NCBI GenBank assembly: GCA_051941275.1
Contig: JAVEBF010000001.1
Span: forward strand, 62,001-108,516
Origin: Dirinaria sp. TL-2023a
Taxonomy: Eukaryota
DNA: 46,516 bases
Reading direction: 5' to 3'
Position 1 is the stretch's first letter. Every line of letters begins with the position of its first letter. The translations under genes and the position numbers were made by a program. Below are positions 35,571 to 46,516 of this stretch, piece by piece. The notes under the pieces were generated by a model that saw only the letters and a program-made list of their open reading frames with translations, had not been told where the DNA came from and did no database searches.

Positions 35571-38063
35571 CTACTCGTCCGCATCCTCTCCTTCATCCTC
35601 TTCCTCCACAGGCGCAGGCGTCCTGCGCTCTTCCCTTCGCCTCGGTCTCCGCCTCCTCGTCCTGCTCACATTACTCGCGCTGTCGTCGGGGACAATCTCG
35701 CTCAACGCATCGGTGCCTCCCCACCCATCATCGGTTTCGCTGTCCGCCTCACCATGCATCCTTTCCCAGCCGGCAGCGCTAGCGGGCGTGCCCAACCGGG
35801 CGTCAAGGCTGCAAGAAGTCCCCCTGCGAGCCTGATTTGCCATTGACAATCCTGCTCCCCGTTCCCGTAACGTGCGTCGCACGCTTTCAGCTTTGAAGTG
35901 GAGCGCCTCAAACGCATCCTCGAGAGCTTCCATCCCGAGGTATATCTCCCGCTCGACTTCGGCGAGGACGGCGATCTCGATTTCCTCATCCAGTGCGACG
36001 GGTGCACCGGCTGTTGCGGGTGCAGGTGTTGGGCCTCGCGATTTCGCCAATGCAGGTGGGAACATACGAGGCGCTGGGGACGGAGCGACCGGAATGGCAT
36101 CTTCCGCGCCGCTGCGGAGGAAACCGTCGAAGCGGCCAGACGTCAGAATATCCCATTCGTGGTCACTGATGGCGGCAAGAGTGGCAAGGACGTTGTGTAG
36201 ATGCGGATTTGAGAGGAGGTAGATGGCTGATTCCGGATCTCGCGGGCGGGTTGAAAGGCGATAGAGTCGCTGGATGGCGAGACCAGTTTTTTGCAGGAGG
36301 TCGGATTCGGGGGAGTTGGTTGGGGCCTGGCTGATGGTGGACGCTATGGAAGCTGGTCGAGATGGGACAACGCCAACAAGGGCAGAGAATGTAGGACGTT
36401 GATACGGCTCAAGCCGGGTGAGCATGGCGAATGTTAGAGTTTCGTCATCGACGTCTTGAGGGGCGCTGGTTGGATTTTCAGATTGGCTTTCCAGCCATCT
36501 ATTCACAGATTGCTTTGTCTTCTTGGACTGATTTATGTAGTGTTCTCGATATTCTTCGGGTACGTCTATATCTAGTTTTTGGCATGGTGCTTCCGCGTTG
36601 GATATTCCGAGACCCGCGTGTGTTGAGTCGAGAACAAAAGCCGGCCACTGAGGTAGGTCCCTACGACCTGAGACAAATTCGAGTATCTCACCCCAGCTCA
36701 CTCCTTCCCCATCACCACAGTCCTGAGGATGGGGCGTAGCCTGACACACGACACAGATGCATGTCTCAGAGGAGATATCTCTGGCGAATACAGCCTCTAG
36801 TCTATCCAGTAGCCTGCGAGCAATAGACCGATAGCCTGTTGCGACAGCCATGGACCCGTTCTTGGTCACTACCTTGGTATAGTCATCCAGTAACGCGTTG
36901 AATGGTGCGAAGAACCTTGTGACTTGTGTCGCGTGCGAGTTTGAGATTTGAGACGAGTCTTGGTGTTGGCTTTGTCCGACGCCCAAAAGATTTCTTGGCA
37001 CGTTTTGCAGTAGCCCACCGTTTTGTAGCAGGTAATCGACCTTGGGCTGCTGGAACGGTACGTTCGGCGGTGGCGGCGGTGGCGGCGGCATTGGTGACGC
37101 TTCTACTGGCTCTGCAAAGTCTTCGCTAAGAACAGAGAAAGCAGGCGTCTCTTTCCTATCCAGCGGCGGACCTGGATCCGTTAGAGTAGGCGTCTTCGGA
37201 GACGAGTCCGGCTCGGTCAGTGGTGACGCTCTGCTATCTTGAGCCGTATAAGGTTGGATATTGGGCTGATTCGGAGCGACTGAAGTGGCATCTGAGTCGA
37301 TGGTTGAGTTGGTAGTCGTTTCTGCCGCGGAGACAACACGGGCGGGCGATGAGGTCCGCTGAGATCTTGTTACAGATGATGAGTCCTCTACTGTAGCCAT
37401 CTTGGCCTTGCTTTTGGAAGGTGTGCTTGTTTTAGACCTTCGGGGAGTGGCTTTTCCATCGTCTTTCGACTCCCGCCGACTGTTCCTAGACCTTACTGAG
37501 TGATGACGCTCGCGGGAGGTTTCGCTGACAGTGCTGGCACGACTCAGCTTCCGCTTGAGCTCATCTGCAGCTTTCTGTAAATCTGTCCGTTTGCGCTCAA
37601 TTCGGTCGACGCGCTCGACCCTCTCCACCTTCTCGACGGTCTCTGCTTGGTCCATCTGGGTCAAAGGTGGGCTCGGCGGAGCTTCACCGACGACATTGTT
37701 CGGATCCACATCTTCGCCCTGCGTCTTGCGCTGATCCAAATCCGTTGGATCAGGGGTGTAATAGCTTAGTCGAGGGTTGACCACATTGTCCCGGCTACCA
37801 ACAGCCTCCTTACTGTGTGCCTTAGAGAAATTTGGATATGGTAGGCTTGTCTTGCTAGCACCAGGTGAAGAGGAAGAGGCTCTTCGTTCCAGCTCTGGGA
37901 TAGGCATTGATGTCCGGCGTTTAGATGGCGTGCTGGGCGTAGTAAGAGTTGTGGAGGATTTTAGGCGATCTTTCGATGATGCTCGTGGGGACGATCTCGA
38001 TGACTTGTGCCGTTTCTGCTTCAGTACTCTCTCACCTTCCCGATCACGAGCCTTAGAAGGCAT
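35571..38063 (-). CDS. Hypothetical fungal protein, 830 aa (disordered Ser/Arg/Pro N-half, CxCxxC-containing folded core, C-terminal coiled coil)
   Basis: Uninterrupted 830-codon ORF; core PKVDYLLQNGGL..GSMAVATGYRSIARRLLDRLEAVFARDISSETCICVVC..WGEILEFVSGRRDLPQWP; coiled coil EVEREIYLGMEALEDAFEALH. Confidence 0.92.
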   Translation of the reverse strand: MPSKARDREGERVLKQKRHKSSRSSPRASSKDRLKSSTTLTTPSTPSKRRTSMPIPELERRASSSSPGASKTSLPYPNFSKAHSKEAVGSRDNVVNPRLSYYTPDPTDLDQRKTQGEDVDPNNVVGEAPPSPPLTQMDQAETVEKVERVERVDRIERKRTDLQKAADELKRKLSRASTVSETSRERHHSVRSRNSRRESKDDGKATPRRSKTSTPSKSKAKMATVEDSSSVTRSQRTSSPARVVSAAETTTNSTIDSDATSVAPNQPNIQPYTAQDSRASPLTEPDSSPKTPTLTDPGPPLDRKETPAFSVLSEDFAEPVEASPMPPPPPPPPNVPFQQPKVDYLLQNGGLLQNVPRNLLGVGQSQHQDSSQISNSHATQVTRFFAPFNALLDDYTKVVTKNGSMAVATGYRSIARRLLDRLEAVFARDISSETCICVVCQATPHPQDCGDGEGVSWGEILEFVSGRRDLPQWPAFVLDSTHAGLGISNAEAPCQKLDIDVPEEYREHYINQSKKTKQSVNRWLESQSENPTSAPQDVDDETLTFAMLTRLEPYQRPTFSALVGVVPSRPASIASTISQAPTNSPESDLLQKTGLAIQRLYRLSTRPRDPESAIYLLSNPHLHNVLATLAAISDHEWDILTSGRFDGFLRSGAEDAIPVAPSPAPRMFPPALAKSRGPTPAPATAGAPVALDEEIEIAVLAEVEREIYLGMEALEDAFEALHFKAESVRRTLRERGAGLSMANQARRGTSCSLDARLGTPASAAGWERMHGEADSETDDGWGGTDALSEIVPDDSASNVSRTRRRRPRRREERRTPAPVEEEDEGEDADE

Positions 38064-38776
38064 TGTGGTGCTGAATATCGATGAGAAAGCTTTACATTGG
38101 GAAGCTTTTCAGTATCATAGATGCAAGCATGCGTTGGCGACACCAAGGATATGTCATAACCGATTTATCGCTCGCCGTATTGCATGCAACCCTGTAACAA
38201 CCCTCCAACCCTCCTCGATGACCTCCACTACTTTGATACAACCATCTGCACCAGCTCTCTTATTTATTAATCTCTTCACCGCACTCTACACAGTGAATAT
38301 AGAGCTAACATGAAATCTATCGATATTTAGTTCTCTAATGGCTCTTTTGCATAGCTTGATTTTAAGCAACCCACTCCTGAGACATGAAACAAATCTTTTG
38401 ATGAAGAATCCTGGTGGGAAGCCCATTTCTCTTGAACCGTTCCCCTTGGTCAATCAACCTCCCTTATTTAGCTGCAAAGTTGGTACCCCTAACTTGTACC
38501 ACACGACGTACTAAACTAAGGTGTATGGACTCCATGGAGACTCTTTCCGAGTCACTTGCGGTGAATGTGAGAAGTGACTGCAATGACCTAGTCTATCCTC
38601 AGCCATGATGCATTTCTGAAGCGAGATGCATCATAAAGTTAGCGGTCATAACTCCCCTTTTGATGATCTGCCTAATGTTTCGAATATGATAAAACGAGCA
38701 CCTGCTCTGACGAATGGTCTTCGCATCTGTCCCTTGATACTGGTGTGAGTTGCTGACTCTATCATCTGCGCAGTAG

Positions 38777-39532
38777 TTCAGAGAATTGCATCAGCTGTTC
38801 CAAGCGATGCAATGGCACGTTCGAATGCCGTTTCTCGAGGCAATGGCAATGATCTACAGCAATATCATCCACAAGATCACACGAGAAATGACGTTGGAAT
38901 CGCTTCGTTCCGGACTGTCGAGTTAATACCAGTTCCTTGTCCGCAAAAAACCTGCCATGGAACATCCCAGAGATCTTCAGCATGCAGTTGTCTATCGCGT
39001 GTCCATCAGTAGGCACACAGGCGTGATACAGTCGCAATCGCCATTGGACGCTCGCGAGCTCCGTTTTGCGCCCGTACAATCAACGTTAGAGCTCTTCGCG
39101 GAGGTGAGACGAGTTTGCAGAGACTTTTTTAATGAAGCAGCGTCAGCGGAGGAGCTCATGTTGATTCTGCACGGCTCTCTTAAATAATCCTCAACCTAAC
39201 GACGTGGAATCCCCCCCAAGCACCAAGCAGGCAAAAAAGTCGGTCCCGTGTCTTAACACGGATTGCTGGCTGCGACTCTAGTTGATCCGATCAAGAAAGT
39301 CATCATGGGAATCTTCTCAGCCGCTGATGGAGCTAATGACAGCCTTTCACTGTTCACGAAAAACAAGCACCAGCAATTCATCACTCGCATGACTATCGAA
39401 CATCGTGAGGTCGCGCAGTCCATCACCGCGAGCGGGACAACGTTGTGGAGACCATCGAGGCAAGATACAACTCACGACGGGCTGCAACAATTCAGCAAGA
39501 ACGTTAGAGGCAATAGGGTAAGCAAATACTAG
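38777..39532 (+). pseudogene. Decayed gene: one reading frame interrupted by four TAA stops
   Basis: Frame FRELHQLFQAMQWH..*YQFLVRKKPAMEHPRD..LHGSLK*SST*RRGIPP..VS*HGLLAATLVDPIKK.. with TAA at 38924, 39185, 39197 and 39254 and no frameshift; preceded by a branch/acceptor-like CTGAC..CAGTAG. Confidence 0.55.
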
Positions 39533-40515
39533 AGCATCGAGACCTCACTCTGAGAGATTTATCGACTACTAATCCTAAGGATCAACATTGATTTCGAGAT
39601 CCACTCAGGCCTTTCCCTCAATGGCGATACACTCAAGGTCAGCTCGTGATTACCGTTATAATTTCGCTAGCTATAGGCTCAAACCTAGTATGCAGTATTT
39701 TTTTCCTTTGGCATTTAACCTTTAACGATTTACCTATTCAACGGTAGCACTTTCGTGATGAATCAGCCCATCGTCGATTCGTTAACCCGCCTTTGCTTGG
39801 AAACCGCACTCTGTCAGAGCAGAGAAATGGACATACGTAAGTCTAACCTGACATCAAAATGGTTGAATACGTTAGCAGGCGAAAATGAGTAATGGGAAGG
39901 GCGGCGTGGTGGGAGAGTAGGATGGTGTGGCAGCAGCAGGATCCGCTTTTCAAGTTTTCAAGAATGCAGTAATTCCACCATGCGTCTCGATATAGTCGAC
40001 CAACGATATGAAACTCCACTTATTGACAGTTGATAGCGAGTTGTCCCGGCTGACCATTTCCAGTGGATTACGGCGGCGTTTCATGTTTGACAGTGATATG
40101 CAATTCTGCTGTTATTATAGATTAAAGTTTCTATTGTTGTTCTCTAGCCTCATTTCGTGTTCACTGCACAACACAATAGAAGCCACCCTTAGTGCACATG
40201 CTTGTCATCAGCTGAGAGCCATCCTTGCCTGGGTGGACAATGGCAAATGGTTGGCCTACCGGATTTTTGTTCTACCACGCCTTCCTATTGTTAATCGTGA
40301 CAATAGTAGGCTCGTGGAGTATATTAAGCCCCATAACTCTACTACTTAATGGTTTCCTTTTCTCCTTGCGTCTCTGCTCTCTTTCCTTGATTTGTCTCTC
40401 TTTACTCGATTCAATTTCATCTCCTTCCTCATCGACACTCTGGCTCCTGCGCTGGTCGCATCATATTGTCCTATCGCCTTTCCGCTCCATCTCTCTGATC
40501 CTTTAAACTATAAAC

Positions 40516-41452
40516 ATGGCCAATCTTGCTCCAACTTCAGGTCGTTTTGCAGGACTTCTGCCTCACCCTGAACCGCCTATGGAGCAGATGAACGATTTCC
40601 TGAAATCAGGTGAGTTATCCCGCCTGCGACTTTCTAGCCACACAATCATGTTGCTGATATTTGCATTTAGAAGTGGAGCACTTGACAGACGTCGATAAGC
40701 TCAGCATCAAAGAAATTACGAGACAAGCAAAGCTGTTGAAGGACCTTTACACCACCATCAATGCCCACTTGAAAGGCCGGTCCGACAGGTCATCTAGAGG
40801 TTTCCTACATCAGCTTCACGACTTGCTGACTCCTGAGTGCGATCGACCTGCCGGCGCTCCGAGACCTCGCGACTCCACCATTGTTGTTGAAGGGGCCCGT
40901 GCCAGTCACGTCTTTCCCTTCGTCTATTTTGAGCCGGGCAACCAGTGTCAAAGCCCGGAATTTGATGGACACATGCACTTCGCCATCGAGGACCTAAAAA
41001 CAAACCAAACGTACAAGGAGCTTTACGAAAATCTGCCGCGGGGCGAATTGGCACCAGAAGTGAGACGTCGCAAGATCGAGAAAGTGGATCAGCGGTGGGA
41101 CCCGGACGTACACGGGCAGATAGCGGAATGGCAGCCCGCTAGACATAGGCGACAGCAGAGGCGGGCTGTCATCAATTTACGAACGCCTCCCCCAGTTACG
41201 ACTAGATGGAAGGAGACAGCCACACAGAATCCCTCGGCTGTACCGCAGAAGGCTCCACCCATCAGCCCAATCACGCCGCCTGTGAGCCCTATCATGCCGC
41301 CTGCATCTTTAGCTCCTGCTCATCCACAACCACTACCTCCTCCTCCACCGCCACCGGCTCCTACAGCACCCAAAGGTCGGAAGCGCAAAGCATCACTTCC
41401 ACCGCGGGATGACCACCCAAGAGCTGCTAAAAGACAAATAAAGTACGAGTAA
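40516..41452 (+). CDS. Hypothetical protein with Pro-rich C-terminus and NLS-like end, exons 40516-40609, 40671-41452, ~291 aa
   Basis: Start context AAACATGG; intron 40610-40670 (GTGAGT..CTGAT..TAG) joins ORFs 40516 and 40661 in phase; PPISPITPPVSPIMPP, poly-Pro, KGRKRK..AAKRQIK. Confidence 0.8.
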
Positions 41453-42975
41453 ATGAAGCTGCAGCGAAGAGGCTCGACAAGGATTCAGTAAGAGGCGAAC
41501 TTACGTGTGAAAACGCATATCATTCGATCACTTCCGTGACGAAAATACCGCTGAAGTGTGTCAGTACTCTCCATGTAAAGTATATGAGCGAGCTTTAGGA
41601 TAAGAAAGGCAAAGGCCACGAAATCAGTATTTGGCTGCTGAAAGTTTGCCCGAAAATCACAGATCGGTTGCGCACAACCTAGCTAGCAAATTCTTTATAA
41701 GATCGGTAACGCTACCGCCATCCTGTGCTCTATGCTTCTCGCGCCATAGCCTTTGAATGATAACAAAAAGATATGCGAATTGTCAGTGGAACCTTAAGAT
41801 CCAACTTCAGGACCCAACAGTTCTCTAAATTCCTTTCAAAATCACACCTTTGGGGGCCCTGCGATTCCTCTACCTCAGCCACAGATTTGTTCCAGGTCCG
41901 ACGGATTAGGTCCGTCAACTCAAACTCCAATTGTCAAATTTTGCATTAGAACGCGACAATTTCCCCAGGGCTAGTAGATGCTAGCTGAACTTGAAGCCAC
42001 ACGGCGCGAACAAACACCTGACTGTGTCGATACGCTGAATCTTTTTTTCGTCCCCCAATACCCCCGCTGCAGCCAGTTCAGTGCGTTGTTTCGCTATTTG
42101 CTTGGCTTTTGGATGCCGTAGAGCCACAGCACTCAAAGAAAAAGTAGGGCATCTAAAAGTCTGGGAAAGAATGAAAGAAGTACAGAGGCACCCTTTTGGA
42201 GGACGATGCAGCATGTGTAAGCGTTCGGTCCTCTCGCACACTTCCACTCTCGATCAGCCCTCATAATGCCAAAAAAATACGTGTTGGCATGTACGTAACT
42301 TTGCCAGTCGAATTAGAATTCAAGGTGTTAATTACATTCGATTATGGCCCTTACAAAGAGCATCTTTGATTTTCCCATTGCGCACAAAGCCACTGTTAAG
42401 GGATGAGACTTGGCTTTATTCCGGGCCTCAGATATTCTACAAATCAAAGCAGTCATTGTCAGCGAGAGTGACTATTACATAACACTTGAAAATTGTTCAT
42501 GGGACTCACAACATTAAGCTTGTCCCATCTCCATTCGGATCTTCGCAGAGGCTCAAAGGTGACCAAAGTTCGACAAATCCTTTCGATCCTCATGATAGAA
42601 TATTTACGTCACGAATGTTACCAATTGTGAGCTCATCTCTAGAAAGAAGAGCTACTAAACCCAGTAAATTACGAAGACACATGATGGAACTGAAAGAAGG
42701 AACCAACTCAGAAGAAAGATTGAAGGTAGGAAAAAGGGGCGAACTTTAAAGAGTTAATTCAAAGTAGAGCGTGGATGTAGCGACTGTCAGAGCCAAAATG
42801 CTAAGAGAGTAGACAGTGCGCAAAGAAGTGAAAAGAGAAAATCATTTTGAACATTTAAGAATAAAGAATAAGGTGAGAGATCATGAGTTTTGTAATTGAC
42901 TAAATTAAATAGCGAGCTAACATGCTAGATAGGAAGGTAGAGACTTACACTGACACTGATAAGGTGGAGACTTTC

Positions 42976-43437
42976 CTATCCATCACCCCAGACACCCATC
43001 TGCTCTCGAAAACGACCTAGATCTTCACTCTTCTCAGTTTTCACCTTGCGAATGTCCTTGTTTGAGTGCTCGATCTTGCCCTCTAGATACGCGATCTCAT
43101 CGCGTTGTCGCTGCAAAAGCATGACATTCGCCCCTCGATGATCCCGCTCCTCGAGAGTCTTAAGTTGCTTTTGTGCCGTTTTTAGGTTTTGAGTGGACTT
43201 CGAGAACTCATTCTCGTAGTGGTTGATCTTGACGTCCCAGTTCGAGCAGATCTCCGCCTCGCGACGGCAATAGCAACTCCGACAAAGCGGCGGAGTGTGA
43301 ACCACGAGAGTTTGGAGATTCATGCGGTTCCTCGTACAGCCGCGGCGAGGGTCAAATCCAGAACAGGGACGCTCAACCTCGATCCGACGATGGGCATGTT
43401 GGCAACTAGCGTATACTTTGCGCGTCGCATAACACAT
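42976..43437 (-). CDS. Small Cys/His-rich hypothetical protein with C-terminal coiled coil, 153 aa
   Basis: ATG at 43437 (ACCATTATG): MCYATRKVYASCQH..RPCSG..GC..PPLCRSCYC, followed by heptad-rich KSTQNLKTAQKQLKTLEE..LEGKIEHSNKDI. Confidence 0.7.
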   Translation of the reverse strand: MCYATRKVYASCQHAHRRIEVERPCSGFDPRRGCTRNRMNLQTLVVHTPPLCRSCYCRREAEICSNWDVKINHYENEFSKSTQNLKTAQKQLKTLEERDHRGANVMLLQRQRDEIAYLEGKIEHSNKDIRKVKTEKSEDLGRFREQMGVWGDG

Positions 43438-43985
43438 AATGGTGATGTTGATTCGGTAAGGACCCCCTGCTCTCTTGTTCTGATTTTTATGAATTGATTT
43501 TGATGTCGGATCGAGACTTGCAGTGTGGCTAGCCAAGCAAGTCGAATGATGAGGAATAGAAAAGAATGTCGAGAGACGAGCAGTGGGGCTTTTAATAGTG
43601 TGATGACTTGTTCCAAGCGTACTAGACAATGGCATTGAATGGTGGAACTGAGAGCATGTAGCTCTGTATAAAGCTATTGTCGATGTTGCGTACCTTACTT
43701 ACATTTCCTTTGTGATGCAGTTGGTGCTCATTGTGATTTCCTTTGTCCTTGTCTTTAACAAGTTAATAGATGTCACACGCTCTGTACAATAAGCCATTCA
43801 AACTTTGTCTTAGACTTAGCAGCTATTAATTGGGCCAATGCCATACTTTCCTCTACAACTTTCAATCAAGGACCTCCACGCTCTGGGTTTCAATTTCAGC
43901 GCTAGGCCGTTGCTTACAGAATCTTGAGTGACAACAGGAACACACATATATACTCCACATCATATAAGCTTCTTGAACAGCAGGA

Positions 43986-45224
43986 ATGGAGCAGATCAAT
44001 GACAACGGCGGCTGTGCTTCCGATGATACTTTGATGGACGTAAGTCTTGAAGAAGTATCTGATCAAGCGATCCAAATTTCGGACTTTGGCATCGACCTTA
44101 GCGATTCAGAGTATAGTAGTTTCAGCACTTATATCGACGAAGCGAGAAGCAAATATATTGAACGAGCCTTTGTGAGCTCGACTAATCGGTTCCTCAACCA
44201 TCAATGGGCGGAATCGATGCACGAGACAGTTGACCGAAGTTCGGATCCTTCTTCTGCGCATACGCCTACCAAAATACCTCCTATCGTTGTTTCACCACCA
44301 GAAGACTCAGAGCTCTCAATCTCTCCTGAGGAAGGTAAAATTGAGCGGATAAAAAAAGATCACGCTTTTCTGGCCCCGGAAGATGATAGAGACAGTCGCC
44401 GTATCGATCGGATTGATGACCAGCAGGTTGTCAAGCTAAATCGAGAGAAGGACTCATGGCGCCAAGGCTTTCTAGCTTCCTTGCCTCTAATAGGATCGCT
44501 CCTTGACCGGTCTAGCAGCGAATTCTCGACCTCAGATACTAACAATATGAGAGCGAGTAAAGATCTACTAGACAACTTGGAAGAGGTCGACTTGGCGGAG
44601 TCTCGGGATCTAGAGTGCCAGGGAGGCACACCCATAGCACTACCCATGAATCCGCTGAACATGCATCCCGTTGCTGACCGTGGATCAATGCCGTGTTCAA
44701 ATGAGGCTATGGTTGAAGATGATTCCGACGACGACGGGATGGCATTCTACATGGATGACCCTCCTCCCAGGCCCGCAAGCCCTTATCCGGCTCTTTCCCA
44801 AAATGGCCAAAGCCATCGGGACAACGAGCGTGATGAACTGATTGAACAGGCGCAAGATCGCGGTCTCGGGATATTCGATTGGGATTCCGACGAAGAAGAT
44901 GATCTGGAAGATTGTGATATGACTGACGCATCCTATGGAGCAGATCTTGGGAGTGAACCTGACCCGCTAGCCGAACTGTGGGCCATAGCCCACCTCCCTC
45001 AGAGCGCTATTGATTGGAATCCCCGATACGCAGATCAAGAGGTCCCAAACGCGCTTTTCGCGCAGAAAATCTTGATTGAACGGGCTCTGTATCCAGAACG
45101 GCGGCGCTCGACGTTGCCACGGCGGAAAGACATTGTGATACAGCGCGCAACGAAGGCGAGGAAGCCGTTCCATAGTAATCTGGAAGATGACGAGGAGGAT
45201 ATGGATGTAAGTGTCAATTTCTAA
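43986..45224 (+). CDS. Acidic, probably disordered hypothetical protein, 412 aa
   Basis: Long single-exon ORF rich in D/E/S; short motifs IPPIVVSPPE and PPPRPASPYP; basic patch near the C-terminus. Confidence 0.75.
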   Translation: MEQINDNGGCASDDTLMDVSLEEVSDQAIQISDFGIDLSDSEYSSFSTYIDEARSKYIERAFVSSTNRFLNHQWAESMHETVDRSSDPSSAHTPTKIPPIVVSPPEDSELSISPEEGKIERIKKDHAFLAPEDDRDSRRIDRIDDQQVVKLNREKDSWRQGFLASLPLIGSLLDRSSSEFSTSDTNNMRASKDLLDNLEEVDLAESRDLECQGGTPIALPMNPLNMHPVADRGSMPCSNEAMVEDDSDDDGMAFYMDDPPPRPASPYPALSQNGQSHRDNERDELIEQAQDRGLGIFDWDSDEEDDLEDCDMTDASYGADLGSEPDPLAELWAIAHLPQSAIDWNPRYADQEVPNALFAQKILIERALYPERRRSTLPRRKDIVIQRATKARKPFHSNLEDDEEDMDVSVNF

Positions 45225-46083
45225 GAGTCAGACTTTGTAAGGCTAGGTAATGTGGGCTTATAATTTCCAATATACTCCAAAATCTAATATCTCAGAGAAT
45301 AATCACATGAAATAGATTGCATGCTAGGACTGTAACACTGACGAAGAAAATTCACATGCCCTTTAGCACCTAGAACTAGCTTTGCATGCCGTGTGATGCA
45401 CATGGAAATGGCACATACTTCCAGGCGATTAGAGTAAAAAAAGATGATTAACGAAATGAGGGTGGACATGACCACCAATGAGTAGCCATTGCTGAAACGG
45501 CAAACCGTGAAAGAGGTATCGCGATCGAGGATAGGAACTATATAGATCACCGCTGCTCACACTTTAGACAAGAATTGTTGCTAATGATCGAAAACAATTT
45601 TTTCTTGTGCCTTCTGGAGGCGGACTGCTCAACGTTTGAAGTTGATGCCTTTGGTGGTATGCGGTTCTGCAGAAAAGCCTGGGTAGAAAATTCGCGTATC
45701 CCACGTGGCGGCGCTTTTCAATACAAACTCAACATTTATTAAGTCCATCTGGGCTTGTTAGTGCCAAACCGCGAGTCCTACTGCCAAGTCGCACGCCAGT
45801 TCTCAAATGTTTAAACCGATCTCTTCCATCATGTTCATCTGTCATCATCAGTGGAAAGTCCCTCAAGGTGTTGTGCACTTTTTGGATCAATGACTGGTGA
45901 TTCAAGTGATACCGTCCATCTTATATCCTAATATTGATCAAAGATCCAGAGACCTATGTCTCATGAGAACCGTCTTAGTGGTATCAATTCTGAAGCTAGC
46001 ATAAAGCCCCAAGGAAGTCCTGCGCTTCTTTCGCTCGTTCACTCTCCCCTTTCTTATCACCATAGATTTTCGTTAGCCCAACG

Positions 46084-46095
46084 AAAAAAAAAAAA
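46084..46095. repeat. poly(A) tract, 12 nt
   Basis: Visible directly. Confidence 0.85.
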
Positions 46096-46516
46096 CAAAT
46101 GAGAAGTGCACTTACAAGCTTGTTGGCAGATCATGAATGCTAAGATTATGGTACTGCATGTGAGCAGGCTCCAAATTTCTGCAAGTTCCCGCCACCGCCC
46201 TCCGTAAGAGACTTCGTACATTTTTCCTTTGTCAGATTGTTTGCTGCTACGAAGTTTCAGAGATATATATGTCGCTTATGACTGTTCGGTGGGATCCGGA
46301 AACCTAGACAGTCGGCACATTTTTCAATTGGCCCTAATAATGTAGACAATAATTATCTAAACAATAGTCGGCGTCACTACGATACGGCAGAGATTATTCG
46401 ACCTACAGCCACAACTTAGCATATATACCGAGATGGGAGACCCAAAACCCATGTTATGTGGTACCTACGACCGTCGCTTGCGCGACGTTAGTGCTCGGCA
46501 AGCCCACCAACTAGCG

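Noticed and set aside
45550..46516. Intron-like signals on the minus strand (GTAAGT donor ~46116, poly-T, CTAAC ~46076)
   Set aside because: Flanking frames contain many stops and no recognisable product, so I cannot support a gene call.
1..46516. Prokaryotic-type systems (CRISPR, operons, defence islands), secondary-metabolite cluster or intact transposon
   Set aside because: The sequence is spliceosomal-intron-containing fungal DNA. I saw no repeat-spacer array, PKS/NRPS/terpene backbone gene, transposase, RT or terminal repeats.

Overview
Eukaryotic, intron-containing genomic DNA from a filamentous ascomycete (Pezizomycotina-type short GT..CTRAY..YAG introns of about 46-133 nt); the species cannot be named from sequence. 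Well-supported genes: an S53 sedolisin/tripeptidyl peptidase (2577-4587, +), a kelch-repeat protein (19265-20934, -) divergent from a DHA1-family MFS transporter (21497-23601, +), an MBD4-like HhH-GPD DNA glycosylase locus (26423-29578, +), an RlpA/double-psi beta-barrel protein (32694-33296, -), the succinate dehydrogenase Fe-S subunit sdhB (34085-35160, +), an 830-aa hypothetical protein (-) and several orphan ORFs. About 5-16 kb is gene-poor and holds decayed genes, and a further decayed gene lies at 38.8-39.5 kb. The main finding is at the glycosylase locus. A 551-aa basic ORF stops 2 nt before the glycosylase ORF, which lies in its -1 frame. The short window where both frames are open carries an in-frame G_GAU_UUU slippery heptamer, followed after 8 nt by a predicted multi-stem RNA structure. 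This is a candidate -1 programmed ribosomal frameshift in a cellular fungal DNA-repair gene; a 227-nt intron is the main competing explanation. I recognised no tRNA, rRNA, CRISPR array or intact transposon.
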